A DNA stretch of 18,463 nucleotides from Candidatus Hydrogenedentota bacterium (GTDB lineage Bacteria > Hydrogenedentota > Hydrogenedentia > Hydrogenedentales > GCA-2746185), in contig JAYGCN010000115.1 in NCBI GenBank assembly GCA_046583315.1, positions 1 through 18,463 on the forward strand. The letters run 5' to 3'. Position 1 is the first letter of the stretch. Every line of letters begins with the position of its first letter. The notes below the pieces were generated by a model. That model worked only from the letters and a program-made list of their open reading frames with translations. It was not told the origin of the DNA and did no database searches. Shown in pieces: positions 10,270 through 18,463 of the stretch. The position numbers and the translations under genes are program-made.

Positions 10270-11971
10270 ATGTGGTTGTTAATTGCCGAGAGCGGGCCTC
10301 ATTGTGGCTCATGCTGGTCATTGAGCACGGTGCCAACGATGATTGGTCGTGGAGCGAGATGCAACATTGTCATTGACGACAATGAGGTGTCCCGGAATCA
10401 TTGTGTCGTGAGCATCCAGGACGATTCCCCCTACTTCGAAAATCAGGGTAGCCGAAATGCGACGTTAATCAATGGTGTGCCGCGTGATCGAGGGAGTCTG
10501 GAAAAGGGCGACAAGCTGACCATTGGCGGAACGGGTTTCATTACGTGTTCCTCAGAAAGTGTTCGCGTCAAGAGGACGCTACACAGCGGCGACTCTACTA
10601 TCAATATTTTGAGCGAAGAAAACAACGCTTATCTCAGCAGTGATGGAGACTACGTGCAGGAAGGGAATCCGCGAACGGTCGGGGATTTTGATTCAGGGAT
10701 TGCCGTATACGCAGGGTGGTGTACGACTGATTCACTCGTACGGGAACCTCTTGCGGGACAATGATGAATCTCCGGGTGCCATGTTGAAATCCAATGGCGA
10801 GGAATCGAGCGGCAAGCTGTTATCCACCGACCTTGATGGTCAGCGTTTGTGCACGATGTTGTCGAATATTTCCATAGGGTCTGAATATGTTGGTGCGCTG
10901 ATGATACAGCGCGTCAAAGATGCCGATGCGTACTCGCAACAGGATCTTGAGGCCATGGTTGCATTGTGTCGTGCATTGGGGCCGCTGTACCAATCGGTCT
11001 GCGCCGTTGAAAAGATGGTATTGCAGCATGAACATACGCGCGGTGAACATCACGGCGAAATTACACTGGTCGGGGACTCGCCGCAGCTACAGGAAGTGCA
11101 CACGGCCATCTCTGCGGCGAATCGTAGTCAATTGCCGATCTTGATACAAGGGGAGACCGGTACGGGGAAAGAAGTCATCGCGCGTAGCTTTCATGCGAGT
11201 AACAATCGGAGTGAAAAACCTTTTGTAGCCGTGGAATGTGCTGCTACGCAGGAAGAGCTTTTCGAGATTGAACTTTTTGGACACGCCAAAGGGGCGTTTA
11301 ACAATGTGGACAATGCTCGTATCGGGTGCCTTGAGGCATCGAATGGCGGCGTACTCTTTCTGGATGCAGTAAACACTTTGTCCATGGGTAGTCAGGCGAA
11401 ATTACTTCGGGTTCTGGAGAATTTTACGTTTTGCCCTGTGGGTTCGAATGAGGAAATCCGTGTAGATGTGCGCGTCGTAGCGTCTGTGAATGGTTCGCTC
11501 AAAGAAGCGATTACAGCTGGGACGTTTCGCGAAGATTTGTACCATCAATTGAGTGGGATACGCATCAAGGTGCCACCGTTGCGAGACCGTCGATCCGATA
11601 TTATTTTGCTTGCGGAACATTTCATGGCAGAATCCTGCTTTCAAATGAATGAACTCCCCAAGACATTTTCTTCGGAGGCGGTAGAGAAATTGGAAAGTTG
11701 GAATTGGCCGGGCAATGTTCGGGAGCTGCGGATGTGTATAGACCGTGCGGCGGCGTATAGTCAGAGCACCATCATCCGGCTTAAGGAAATTATTCTTCAT
11801 GACACCGAGAATGCTCTGGAGCCGGCAAAAAGTTTGGCGGATCTTGAGCGCACGCACATTGTGTAACTGATTGAGGATCATGGCGGGAATATAAGTGCCA
11901 CGGCAAAGGTGCTGGGCATTTCGCGCACGACCTTGTATCACAAACTGAAGGAATATGGGCTGCGCGACTAG
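10270..11971 (+). pseudogene. Disrupted FHA / GAF-like / sigma54-type AAA+ / Fis-HTH transcriptional regulator
   Basis: FHA motifs (IGR, VSRNHC, GSRNATLING) in one frame; Walker A GETGTGKE, ELFGH, FREDLY, PPLRDR, WPGNVREL in the next frame; in-frame TAA at 11864-11866 followed directly by LIEDHGGNISATAKVLGISRTTLYHKLKEYGLRD* (HTH), ending 11971. Confidence 0.85.
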
Positions 11972-12003
11972 ATTGCGTCGCCTGAATGGAATTGGGACGG
12001 GCG

Positions 12004-12393
12004 ATGACGAAGGCAGGTCGGCGTACATTTCGGTTCAAGAACCCAACGAATTTCTATGAGGCCGTCTACCGTATCGTGGAGCGGATTCCTGAGGGGCGGG
12101 TGATGACCTATGGGCAGATTGCCACGATTCTGGGTGCACCACGAGCGTCGCGGGCGGTGGGCTACGCATTACGGGCCTGTCCTGAATCGTTGCCGTGGCA
12201 GCGGGTAATCAATGCCCAAGGGAAAATCAGCGCGCGGGGCGATGTCGAGCGACCCGACATGCAGCGTCTCCTGTTGGAAGATGAAGGGGTTCATTTCGGG
12301 CTGGATGAAAGCTGTGAACTGGGGCGTCTACGCTGGGAACCAAACGATCCGGAGTCGTTTTCATTTGAGACACCGGAAAATCTGCCTTTCTGA
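12004..12393 (+). CDS. Alkyltransferase-like protein (Atl/YbaZ type, MGMT DNA-binding domain)
   Basis: VERIPEGRVMTYGQIA, ASRAVGYAL, LPWQRVINAQG (Trp in place of the catalytic Cys of PCHR), QRLLLEDEGV. Start uncertain (11986 or 12004). Confidence 0.88.
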   Translation: MTKAGRRTFRFKNPTNFYEAVYRIVERIPEGRVMTYGQIATILGAPRASRAVGYALRACPESLPWQRVINAQGKISARGDVERPDMQRLLLEDEGVHFGLDESCELGRLRWEPNDPESFSFETPENLPF

Positions 12394-12394
12394 A

Positions 12395-12985
12395 TTAGTG
12401 CGTATCGCCCGAATGTGTGCAGCCTTCGAAGGTGGTCATCATGGTGTGTTCGGGTAGGCCTAGTTCTTCGACGCGACCTTCTTTGGAAGTGTAGTAGCCG
12501 GTGATGGTGCGGCCTTTGAGATCGCGAAAGAATGCGACACCAATTTCGAGTTTTTCAGGGTGGGATTCATGTTCATCGCTCACGGTTTCGAGTAGCGCGA
12601 TCAATTCTTCGGGCTTGGCTTTGGCGATAGACGTCTTCTGTGTCTTCTTGCAGTGTTTGTCCATCCATTTCAGGCCGTTTCGGAATCGATTTTGGGAGTC
12701 TTTAGATGCGATGGAATAGATGAGATCGATGTATTCGTGGACCCGGGCTTCTTGTGCGCCGACGGTATCGGTTTTGGGGATAATTGTTTCGCACAGTAGC
12801 GTGATCTGTACGATTTCCTTTTTTGAGAAAAAGTCCGGCGACCACTTACCGTTTTTCGTAGCGGCTCTGACTATCTCGCCCTGGTCGTTTAGCGCGAAAA
12901 TCCAGTGGGAGGTCGTTACGGCGGTCGCGGCGGCTCCAGCTGCGCGGGTCAACATGGCGCGGCGGGTCATTTGTTCAGGCATCAC
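12395..12985 (-). CDS. Gluconate 2-dehydrogenase subunit 3 family protein with Tat signal (small subunit of the GMC dehydrogenase)
   Basis: TRRAML twin-arginine motif; LCETIIPKTDTVGA, VHEYID, FFRDLKGRTITGYYTSKEG; directly downstream of the GMC gene; GGAG RBS. Start 12985 (GTG) or 12982 (ATG). Confidence 0.87.
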   Translation of the reverse strand: MMPEQMTRRAMLTRAAGAAATAVTTSHWIFALNDQGEIVRAATKNGKWSPDFFSKKEIVQITLLCETIIPKTDTVGAQEARVHEYIDLIYSIASKDSQNRFRNGLKWMDKHCKKTQKTSIAKAKPEELIALLETVSDEHESHPEKLEIGVAFFRDLKGRTITGYYTSKEGRVEELGLPEHTMMTTFEGCTHSGDTH

Positions 12986-13009
12986 TATTCTCCCGGTTCA
13001 AGCGCGTAG

Positions 13010-14686
13010 CTACGCGAGATTTCCTTTTTTGGCTTCATCAACGAGGTAGTCACAGGCCCGCGCGGTGAGTGCGAGCATGGTGAGTGTGGGGTTTTGGCAT
13101 CCGATGGATACGAATGCGGCACCGTCCATAACAAAGAGATTTCTGACATCGTGGCATTGGTTGAATTGATTGAGGATGGATGTTTTGGAGTTGTTTCCCA
13201 TGCGTGCGGTTCCACATTCGTGAATGCCGAAACCTGGCGGCGCCGGAGTTGAGAGGGTTCCGATATCGTCGGCACCAATCGCTTCAAGCATCATCTTTGA
13301 CTGTTCGACAATATCTTCGACCATCTTTTTTTCGTTGTCGCCGAGTTCGCAGGTGACCTTGAGTACGGGTGTGCCCCAGGCATCCTTCACGTCGGGGTCG
13401 AGTTCTACGCGGTTCTCGAAGCGGGGCAGCATTTCTCCGAAGCCGTATAGGCCCATGCGTGAAATGTTGCCGTCGCGGACGCCGTCTTTGAAGTTTTTGC
13501 CAAATCCTTTCATGGCGTAGGCGTGTTCGAAGGAAGTAAAGTTCTCGCCGCCCTGGTAGCCGTAGCCGCGAATGAAGTCCTGCTGTTTGTCGCCTTTGAA
13601 ATTGCGGAAGCGGGGGATGTAACACGCGTTGGGACGAACGCCGATTTCTGGTTTACGTCCGGCACCGGGTAAGATGCCCGATGCGCCGACTTGATACACG
13701 TGGTCCATCAGGTAGTGTCCGAGTACACCGCTTTCATTCGCGAGACCGTTTTGGTAGCGGTCGTCAGCGGAATTCATCAGGATGCGCGTGGACTCAAGCG
13801 TCGATGCGGCGAGTATTACAATCTTGCTGGTGGCTTCGTGCGGTGTTTTGGTGGCTTTGTCAAAATAGAGTACGCCTTTCGCCTTGCCGTCGTCCCCCAT
13901 TTGCACGTTGCGCACGATGGCATCAGAGATGAGGGTGAAGTTTCCTGTCGCGTCGGCGTAGGGAATCGTGCAACCCGGGGAGTTGAAATAGGAATTCGTC
14001 TGGCATCCGCGTTCGCAGGGGCCGCAATAGTGGCAGGCTGCGCGTCCTTTGTGTTGACGGGTAAGTACTGCGACGCGACCGATGGTGAATCCGCGATTCA
14101 TCTTTTTTATGGCGGCCCTGGCTTTTTGTTCGCCACAGGTCATTTTCATGGGCGGCAAAAATCGACTGTCGGGCAGCTGTTCGTAGCCCTCCCGCTGTCC
14201 GCTGATGCCGACGTGTCGCTCGACGCGCTCGTAGTACGGCGCGATGTCTGCGTAGGAAACGGGCCAGTCGTCTCCGAAACCGTCGTGGCTGGCGGCTTTG
14301 AAATCGAGGTCGCTGAACCGGTAGGACTGGCGTCCCCACAGCAGGGAACGTCCTCCGACGGCTCCACCGCGAATCCACCAGAAGGGTTTGTCTTTGGGGT
14401 AGGTGTAGGGATTGTCGACTTCATCGATGTAGAAGTCGTGATTGGTCTCGCCAAAGGCGTAATTTTTACTGCCGATCGGTTTGCGCTCTTTTAGTTCTTT
14501 TGGGACACCGCGACCGCGCAATTTCATTTCGTAGGGTTGCACATGGTCGCCGTAGTCGGTTTCGGGATTAAGCTTCTTGCCCGATTCCAGCATCAACACG
14601 CTGAGCCCGGCCTCGGAGAGTTGCATGGCGGCCCAGCCACCGTTCGCGCCGGAGCCCACAATTATCACGTCGTATTCTTCCGCCAT
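13010..14686 (-). CDS. GMC family FAD oxidoreductase (putative glycoside 3-dehydrogenase flavoprotein)
   Basis: YDVIIVGSGANGG FAD motif, VGGRSLLWGRQSYRFS, DWPVSY, Cys cluster CHYCGPCERGC, GHYLMDH, IHECGTARMG, QNPTLTMLALTARAC. Confidence 0.92.
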   Translation of the reverse strand: MAEEYDVIIVGSGANGGWAAMQLSEAGLSVLMLESGKKLNPETDYGDHVQPYEMKLRGRGVPKELKERKPIGSKNYAFGETNHDFYIDEVDNPYTYPKDKPFWWIRGGAVGGRSLLWGRQSYRFSDLDFKAASHDGFGDDWPVSYADIAPYYERVERHVGISGQREGYEQLPDSRFLPPMKMTCGEQKARAAIKKMNRGFTIGRVAVLTRQHKGRAACHYCGPCERGCQTNSYFNSPGCTIPYADATGNFTLISDAIVRNVQMGDDGKAKGVLYFDKATKTPHEATSKIVILAASTLESTRILMNSADDRYQNGLANESGVLGHYLMDHVYQVGASGILPGAGRKPEIGVRPNACYIPRFRNFKGDKQQDFIRGYGYQGGENFTSFEHAYAMKGFGKNFKDGVRDGNISRMGLYGFGEMLPRFENRVELDPDVKDAWGTPVLKVTCELGDNEKKMVEDIVEQSKMMLEAIGADDIGTLSTPAPPGFGIHECGTARMGNNSKTSILNQFNQCHDVRNLFVMDGAAFVSIGCQNPTLTMLALTARACDYLVDEAKKGNLA

Positions 14687-14710
14687 TCTGAGTTCCTTCT
14701 CGACTTTCGT

Positions 14711-16015
14711 CTACTTCTTTTTGGCTAAGGGTTCCAAGGTACGTTGACCGTCTTCCAGTATAGCACGCAGTTCTTTGGCCACGTCGGGATTTTCGCGGGT
14801 CATGCTGTAGAGTTCTTCCGGATGATTCTCCATGTCGAAGAGCAGTCCGGGGCGATAATAGGGGAGTACGCCGACCTTGGCATACCAGTTTCGGTACATG
14901 GTTGAGTGCACGAGTTTCCAGCGTTGGGTACGCACGGCGGCGATATCGTTTTTGAAGAACATATAGAGGAATTCGTGGGGGGATTCGGCGTTGCCTTGTA
15001 TCAATGGCCAGATGTCTTTGCCGTCGATGGGTCGATCTTCTGGCAATTTCGCGTCGGCCAGTTTGACGAGTGTAGGCAGCAGGTCAATGTTCATGGAGAT
15101 GGCATTGGAGGTCGTGCCGCCTTTGATGCGACCGGGCCACCAGGTGAGCATGGGCACACGCATGCCGCCGTCCCAGGCACTGCCCTTGCGATTGCGGTAT
15201 CGTCCGGCGCTGCCTTCGAACCAGGGGCCGTTGTCGCTGGTGAAAATGAGCATGGTGTTCTCATCGAGGTTCAGGCGTTCGAGCGTGGCCATGATTTCAC
15301 CGACGCTCCAGTCGATGGCTTCGACAACGTCTCCATAAAGTCCGGCTTTCGATTTATTTTCGAACTCTTCGGATACGAAGAGGGGTACGTGCGGCATGGA
15401 ATGGGGGAGATACACGAAAAAGGGCTCGTCTTGGTGTTCCTCGATGAACTTGATGGCTTCATCGGTGTAACGTTCGGTGATGGTTGTCTGGTCGACGGGG
15501 CTCTCGATCTTTTCCGAATTTCGATACAATTCGAAGGGCGACATGTCGTTGCTCCAGGGTACGCCGTAGAAATAATCGAAACCGTGGGCGGTGGGCCATT
15601 GATTGGGACGGTGTCCGAGATGCCATTTCCCTATACAGGCGGTTGCGTAGCCGCGATTGCGCAATACGTCGGCGATGGTGACGGCGTCGTCGGGAATGCC
15701 GATTTTGTTCGATGGGCGCGCGACATCTGCGGTGAGTCGGTTGCGTGCCGGGTATTGCCCCATGAGCAAGCCCCCTCGGGAGGGAGTACATACGCCTGCG
15801 CTGGAATAGAAAGAGGTGAGCAGGCTGCCTTCTTGGGCCATGCGCGTGAGGTGTGGCGTGTTGATGAGTTTGTTGCCGTAGGGGGCGATGTCACCTAGTC
15901 CGAGATCATCTGCGAGAATGATGACGAAGTTGGGCGGGGAATCGGTCTGTGCAACGGATGGCGCGGTGAACAGCATGCTGGTGATGATTCCTAAACACGC
16001 GACTGTATAACGCAT
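14711..16015 (-). CDS. Secreted Cys-type formylglycine-dependent sulfatase (arylsulfatase A-like)
   Basis: Signal peptide ending SVA|Q; PNFVIILADDLG, CTPSR (15776-15790), GKWHLG, PHVP, FTSDNG, GGMRVP, IDGKD. Confidence 0.93.
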   Translation of the reverse strand: MRYTVACLGIITSMLFTAPSVAQTDSPPNFVIILADDLGLGDIAPYGNKLINTPHLTRMAQEGSLLTSFYSSAGVCTPSRGGLLMGQYPARNRLTADVARPSNKIGIPDDAVTIADVLRNRGYATACIGKWHLGHRPNQWPTAHGFDYFYGVPWSNDMSPFELYRNSEKIESPVDQTTITERYTDEAIKFIEEHQDEPFFVYLPHSMPHVPLFVSEEFENKSKAGLYGDVVEAIDWSVGEIMATLERLNLDENTMLIFTSDNGPWFEGSAGRYRNRKGSAWDGGMRVPMLTWWPGRIKGGTTSNAISMNIDLLPTLVKLADAKLPEDRPIDGKDIWPLIQGNAESPHEFLYMFFKNDIAAVRTQRWKLVHSTMYRNWYAKVGVLPYYRPGLLFDMENHPEELYSMTRENPDVAKELRAILEDGQRTLEPLAKKK

Positions 16016-16102
16016 AATGAGGGTCTCCGAGGGCGTTCCGAATTGATGTTGCTGTTGATATAGCCTAAACTACTCGCTCACACATTGTACAGAGAAAGCC
16101 CG

Positions 16103-16786
16103 ATGCCCAACGAATTTCATGATAGTGACAAGGACTCCCACTGGCATCGCCGTACACACATCGCCTTGCTCACGCTATTCGGGGTGACGGCCTTGGCGAT
16201 GGTGGTAATTATCGCGCTGTCCATCGTGGTGCCGCCAGTTATGCAGGGAATCGTGAAAAACTATACGGACGAGTCACCGGTGGTCTTCGATGTTGTCGCG
16301 ATGAGTGAGGAGGAGCGTGATGCGGTAGACGCGCGTCTGGAGACCTTTGAGGCGGCTCTTGAGTCGAGTGAGGATGTTGAGCCGCTGGAATTGACGGAGC
16401 ATGAGATAAACGGCTTGATTGGCGGGGATGAGGAGATGAAAGAGGAAGTATTGATCGCATTTGAGGACGGATTTATCGCGGTCAATATGAGCCTTCCCAT
16501 TGATTCGGATTTGCAGATAGGCCCTTGGAGTAGCTCAATGCAGGGGCGTTATCTGAATGGCGTAGCGATTTTGGACCCGCAGGTGACATCGGACGGCCTG
16601 GTGCTGGAATTACAGGATTTTCTGGTGCGGGAGGAGTCGGTGCCGCGATGGATGTTGTCCTTGCTTCAGGACGAGATCAATCGCCAAGAATGGTTAACTT
16701 CACAGGATATTCGTGATACCATTTCACGATTGGAACGAATCGCTGTTGAAGGCGATGAATTGGTGCTCTACCCGAAAAATGAGTAG
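16103..16786 (+). CDS. Hypothetical acidic protein with one N-terminal TM anchor
   Basis: Hydrophobic segment IALLTLFGVTALAMVVIIALSIVV followed by an Asp/Glu-rich domain; fills the gap before FGE; no family recognised with confidence. Confidence 0.75.
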   Translation: MPNEFHDSDKDSHWHRRTHIALLTLFGVTALAMVVIIALSIVVPPVMQGIVKNYTDESPVVFDVVAMSEEERDAVDARLETFEAALESSEDVEPLELTEHEINGLIGGDEEMKEEVLIAFEDGFIAVNMSLPIDSDLQIGPWSSSMQGRYLNGVAILDPQVTSDGLVLELQDFLVREESVPRWMLSLLQDEINRQEWLTSQDIRDTISRLERIAVEGDELVLYPKNE

Positions 16787-17805
16787 TGCGCGTAAAAGGA
16801 TTCGGAATGCGTAATTGGATTACCTATGGCTGGATGACGATTTGTGTTGTCGGCTTGTCGACCTGTTCATCACAGGAGGAACCGCGAGAGCCTGTTAACC
16901 CTCAGGATGTCTTGGACGCGTTGGGTAGTCGTGTGACCGTGGTCAAGAAGGCTGAGCATCCGGAAGCGCCGGAGGGCATGGTGTTGATTCCGGCAGGCAC
17001 GTATAAGATGGGTAGCAACGACGGATTTGCTCATGAGTCACCGGTTCACGAAGTCACACTCGACGCTTTCTATATGGATGACCATGAAGTGACGAATCGC
17101 GAGTTTGAACGTTTCGTGGCGGAGACGGGATATGTCACGGAGGCTGAACAGTGGAAGTGGTCCATCGTATTTGCGCCGGATGAATCGCCGGGAGACAGGG
17201 TTCCAGGCGCGGAATGGTGGAAACGTGCAGACGGCGCCACGTGGAGACATCCCAACGGTCCAGAGACGAACATCGATGGGATGGAGGACTATCCTGTAAC
17301 CCAGGTGAGCTGGACGGATTCGGTAGCCTACGCGAAATGGGCTGGTAAGCGACTGCCAACCGAGGCAGAATGGGAGTACGCGGCCCGTGGTGGACATGAT
17401 TCGATGCCGTATGCCTGGGGCCTCGATTTCGCGCCCAGTGGGAAGCAAATGGCGAACACGTGGAATGGTCATTTTCCCATCGAAGACTCGGGTGAAGATG
17501 GATTCGATGGGCTGGCGCCGATCAAACAATATGAGCCCAACGGATACGGGCTGTACGATATCGCGGGGAATGTGTGGGAATGGGTTGAAGACTGGTACGG
17601 CGCGAATTATTACCGGAATTCTCCCGATAAGAATCCTTTCGGTCCTAAATCAGGCATCGAGAAGGTACAGCGCGGTGGCTCGTTTATGTGTGCGTCCAAC
17701 TATTGCCTAGGATATCGGGTTTCGCATCGGGGTAAATCGGGGATTGACAGTGGATTGCCGAATTCCGGGTTCCGGTGTGTACAGTCGGTGGATGCGAGGG
17801 AATAG
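16786..17805 (+). CDS. Formylglycine-generating enzyme (SUMF1/FGE-sulfatase domain) with N-terminal signal; alternative start 16807
   Basis: MVLIPAGTYKMGS, ESPVHEV, EVTNREF, WRHPNGP, PVTQVSW, RLPTEAEWEYAARGG, PNGYGLYDIAGNVWEW, RGGSFMCASNYC, GFRCV. Confidence 0.92.
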   Translation: MRVKGFGMRNWITYGWMTICVVGLSTCSSQEEPREPVNPQDVLDALGSRVTVVKKAEHPEAPEGMVLIPAGTYKMGSNDGFAHESPVHEVTLDAFYMDDHEVTNREFERFVAETGYVTEAEQWKWSIVFAPDESPGDRVPGAEWWKRADGATWRHPNGPETNIDGMEDYPVTQVSWTDSVAYAKWAGKRLPTEAEWEYAARGGHDSMPYAWGLDFAPSGKQMANTWNGHFPIEDSGEDGFDGLAPIKQYEPNGYGLYDIAGNVWEWVEDWYGANYYRNSPDKNPFGPKSGIEKVQRGGSFMCASNYCLGYRVSHRGKSGIDSGLPNSGFRCVQSVDARE

Positions 17806-17831
17806 CAATTTTCCGACGCGCCAAGAGTGCA

Positions 17832-17860
17832 TTGACATTCCCCTGTTTCTCGGATATAGT
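17832..17860 (+). promoter_or_regulatory. Near-consensus sigma70 promoter
   Basis: TTGACA (17832-17837), 17 bp spacer, TATAGT (17855-17860), intergenic and upstream of the response regulator. Confidence 0.75.
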
Positions 17861-17962
17861 CAGTGCGCAGTTACTGAACAGGTAAATTGATCCGGGGGGA
17901 TAGTCTGCTACTCGATGGTGCATAGTACCTTCGTGTTTTCTTCGAGATGAATGAGGGGGAAC

Positions 17963-18355
17963 ATGCCACGTATTTTGATTATCGATGACGAGGTGCAGGT
18001 GGTCGAGATGTTGCGAAGTCTGTATGAGACCAATGGTTTCGAAGTGGATACTTCTTTTGGCGGACAGAAAGGTCTGGACGCTTACAAGAAGCAACCTGCC
18101 GATGTGGTAATCGTCGATATGCTCATGCCCGCCAAACAGGGCTTGGAGACGATCTCGGAATTCCGCAGAGACTACCCGGAAGCAAAAATTATCGCGATTA
18201 CGGGTGCGCCACTGGAAGCGATGAATGACTTTCTCCACCTCGCCCGGGCGCAGGGGGCTATCTACGCATTTCGTAAACCGTTCAGGCTGGTGGAAATCCT
18301 GGACGCGGCCAACCAGATAGTTCTGGAGAATGCACAGCACGTTTCCAGAGACTAA
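17963..18355 (+). CDS. Single-domain response regulator (receiver only)
   Basis: ILIIDDE, ADVVIVDMLMP (phospho-Asp), IIAITG, FRKPF; GAGGGG RBS before ATG 17963; no output domain. Confidence 0.9.
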   Translation: MPRILIIDDEVQVVEMLRSLYETNGFEVDTSFGGQKGLDAYKKQPADVVIVDMLMPAKQGLETISEFRRDYPEAKIIAITGAPLEAMNDFLHLARAQGAIYAFRKPFRLVEILDAANQIVLENAQHVSRD

Positions 18356-18373
18356 CACGTTTCGCGGGGTGAC

Positions 18374-18463
18374 ATGACCAAGAGTGAATACGAGTTGCGC
18401 ATACAGACGGTCTGTATGGCCATTATCACGATTGTTACGATAGCGCTTACGATGTACCTGTTG
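18374..18463 (+). CDS. Start of a membrane protein running off the window, possibly an AI-2E family transporter
   Basis: MTKSEYELRIQTVCMAIITIVTIALTMYLL, open to the window end; GGGGTG upstream. Not in the ORF track. The family guess rests on only 30 aa. Confidence 0.5.
   Translation, partial: MTKSEYELRIQTVCMAIITIVTIALTMYLL

Noticed and set aside
11864..11866. Recoded stop (selenocysteine, pyrrolysine or alternative genetic code)
   Set aside because: The codon is TAA, which ends several other genes in the window, and the same gene carries other lesions.
12187..12210. MGMT-like gene lacking the catalytic Cys as a sign of inactivation
   Set aside because: Trp at this position is the normal signature of alkyltransferase-like proteins.
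13691..15898. Long + strand ORFs 13691..14494 and 14906..15898
   Set aside because: Antisense shadows of the GMC and sulfatase genes with no family motifs.
17874..17881. CTGAACAG matching the reverse complement of CTGTTCAG at 10107-10114 as a shared regulatory site
   Set aside because: An 8-bp match is expected by chance in a window of this size.
17684..18358. 224-aa - strand ORF
   Set aside because: Overlaps the response regulator, its promoter and the FGE 3' end; no motifs.

Overview
Gene-dense bacterial chromosomal segment with 16 apparently intact or partial CDSs and one disrupted gene; no rRNA, tRNA, CRISPR array, integrase or transposase was recognisable. In order: (+) 5'-truncated class III CoA-transferase, trhO, ROK kinase, GNAT acetyltransferase, exported DUF1080 protein; (-) DUF2207 membrane protein; (+) PfkB kinase; a REP-like palindromic half-element; (-) sodium:solute symporter with a small overlapping membrane protein; (+) an FHA-GAF-like-AAA-HTH enhancer-binding protein broken by a frameshift and a premature stop; (+) alkyltransferase-like protein; (-) sulfatase, GMC flavoprotein and Tat-signal small subunit; (+) acidic membrane-anchored hypothetical protein and a formylglycine-generating enzyme (FGE) family protein; (+) single-domain response regulator behind a near-consensus sigma70 promoter; and the start of a membrane protein. 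Most unusual observations: (1) an ~90-aa insertion in an outward-facing loop of the symporter that resembles the N-terminal half of a receiver domain; (2) a signal-peptide-bearing FGE divergently paired with a secreted Cys-type sulfatase that is itself in an operon with a putative glycoside 3-dehydrogenase; (3) the decayed enhancer-binding protein. All family calls come from reading motifs by eye; no database search was run.
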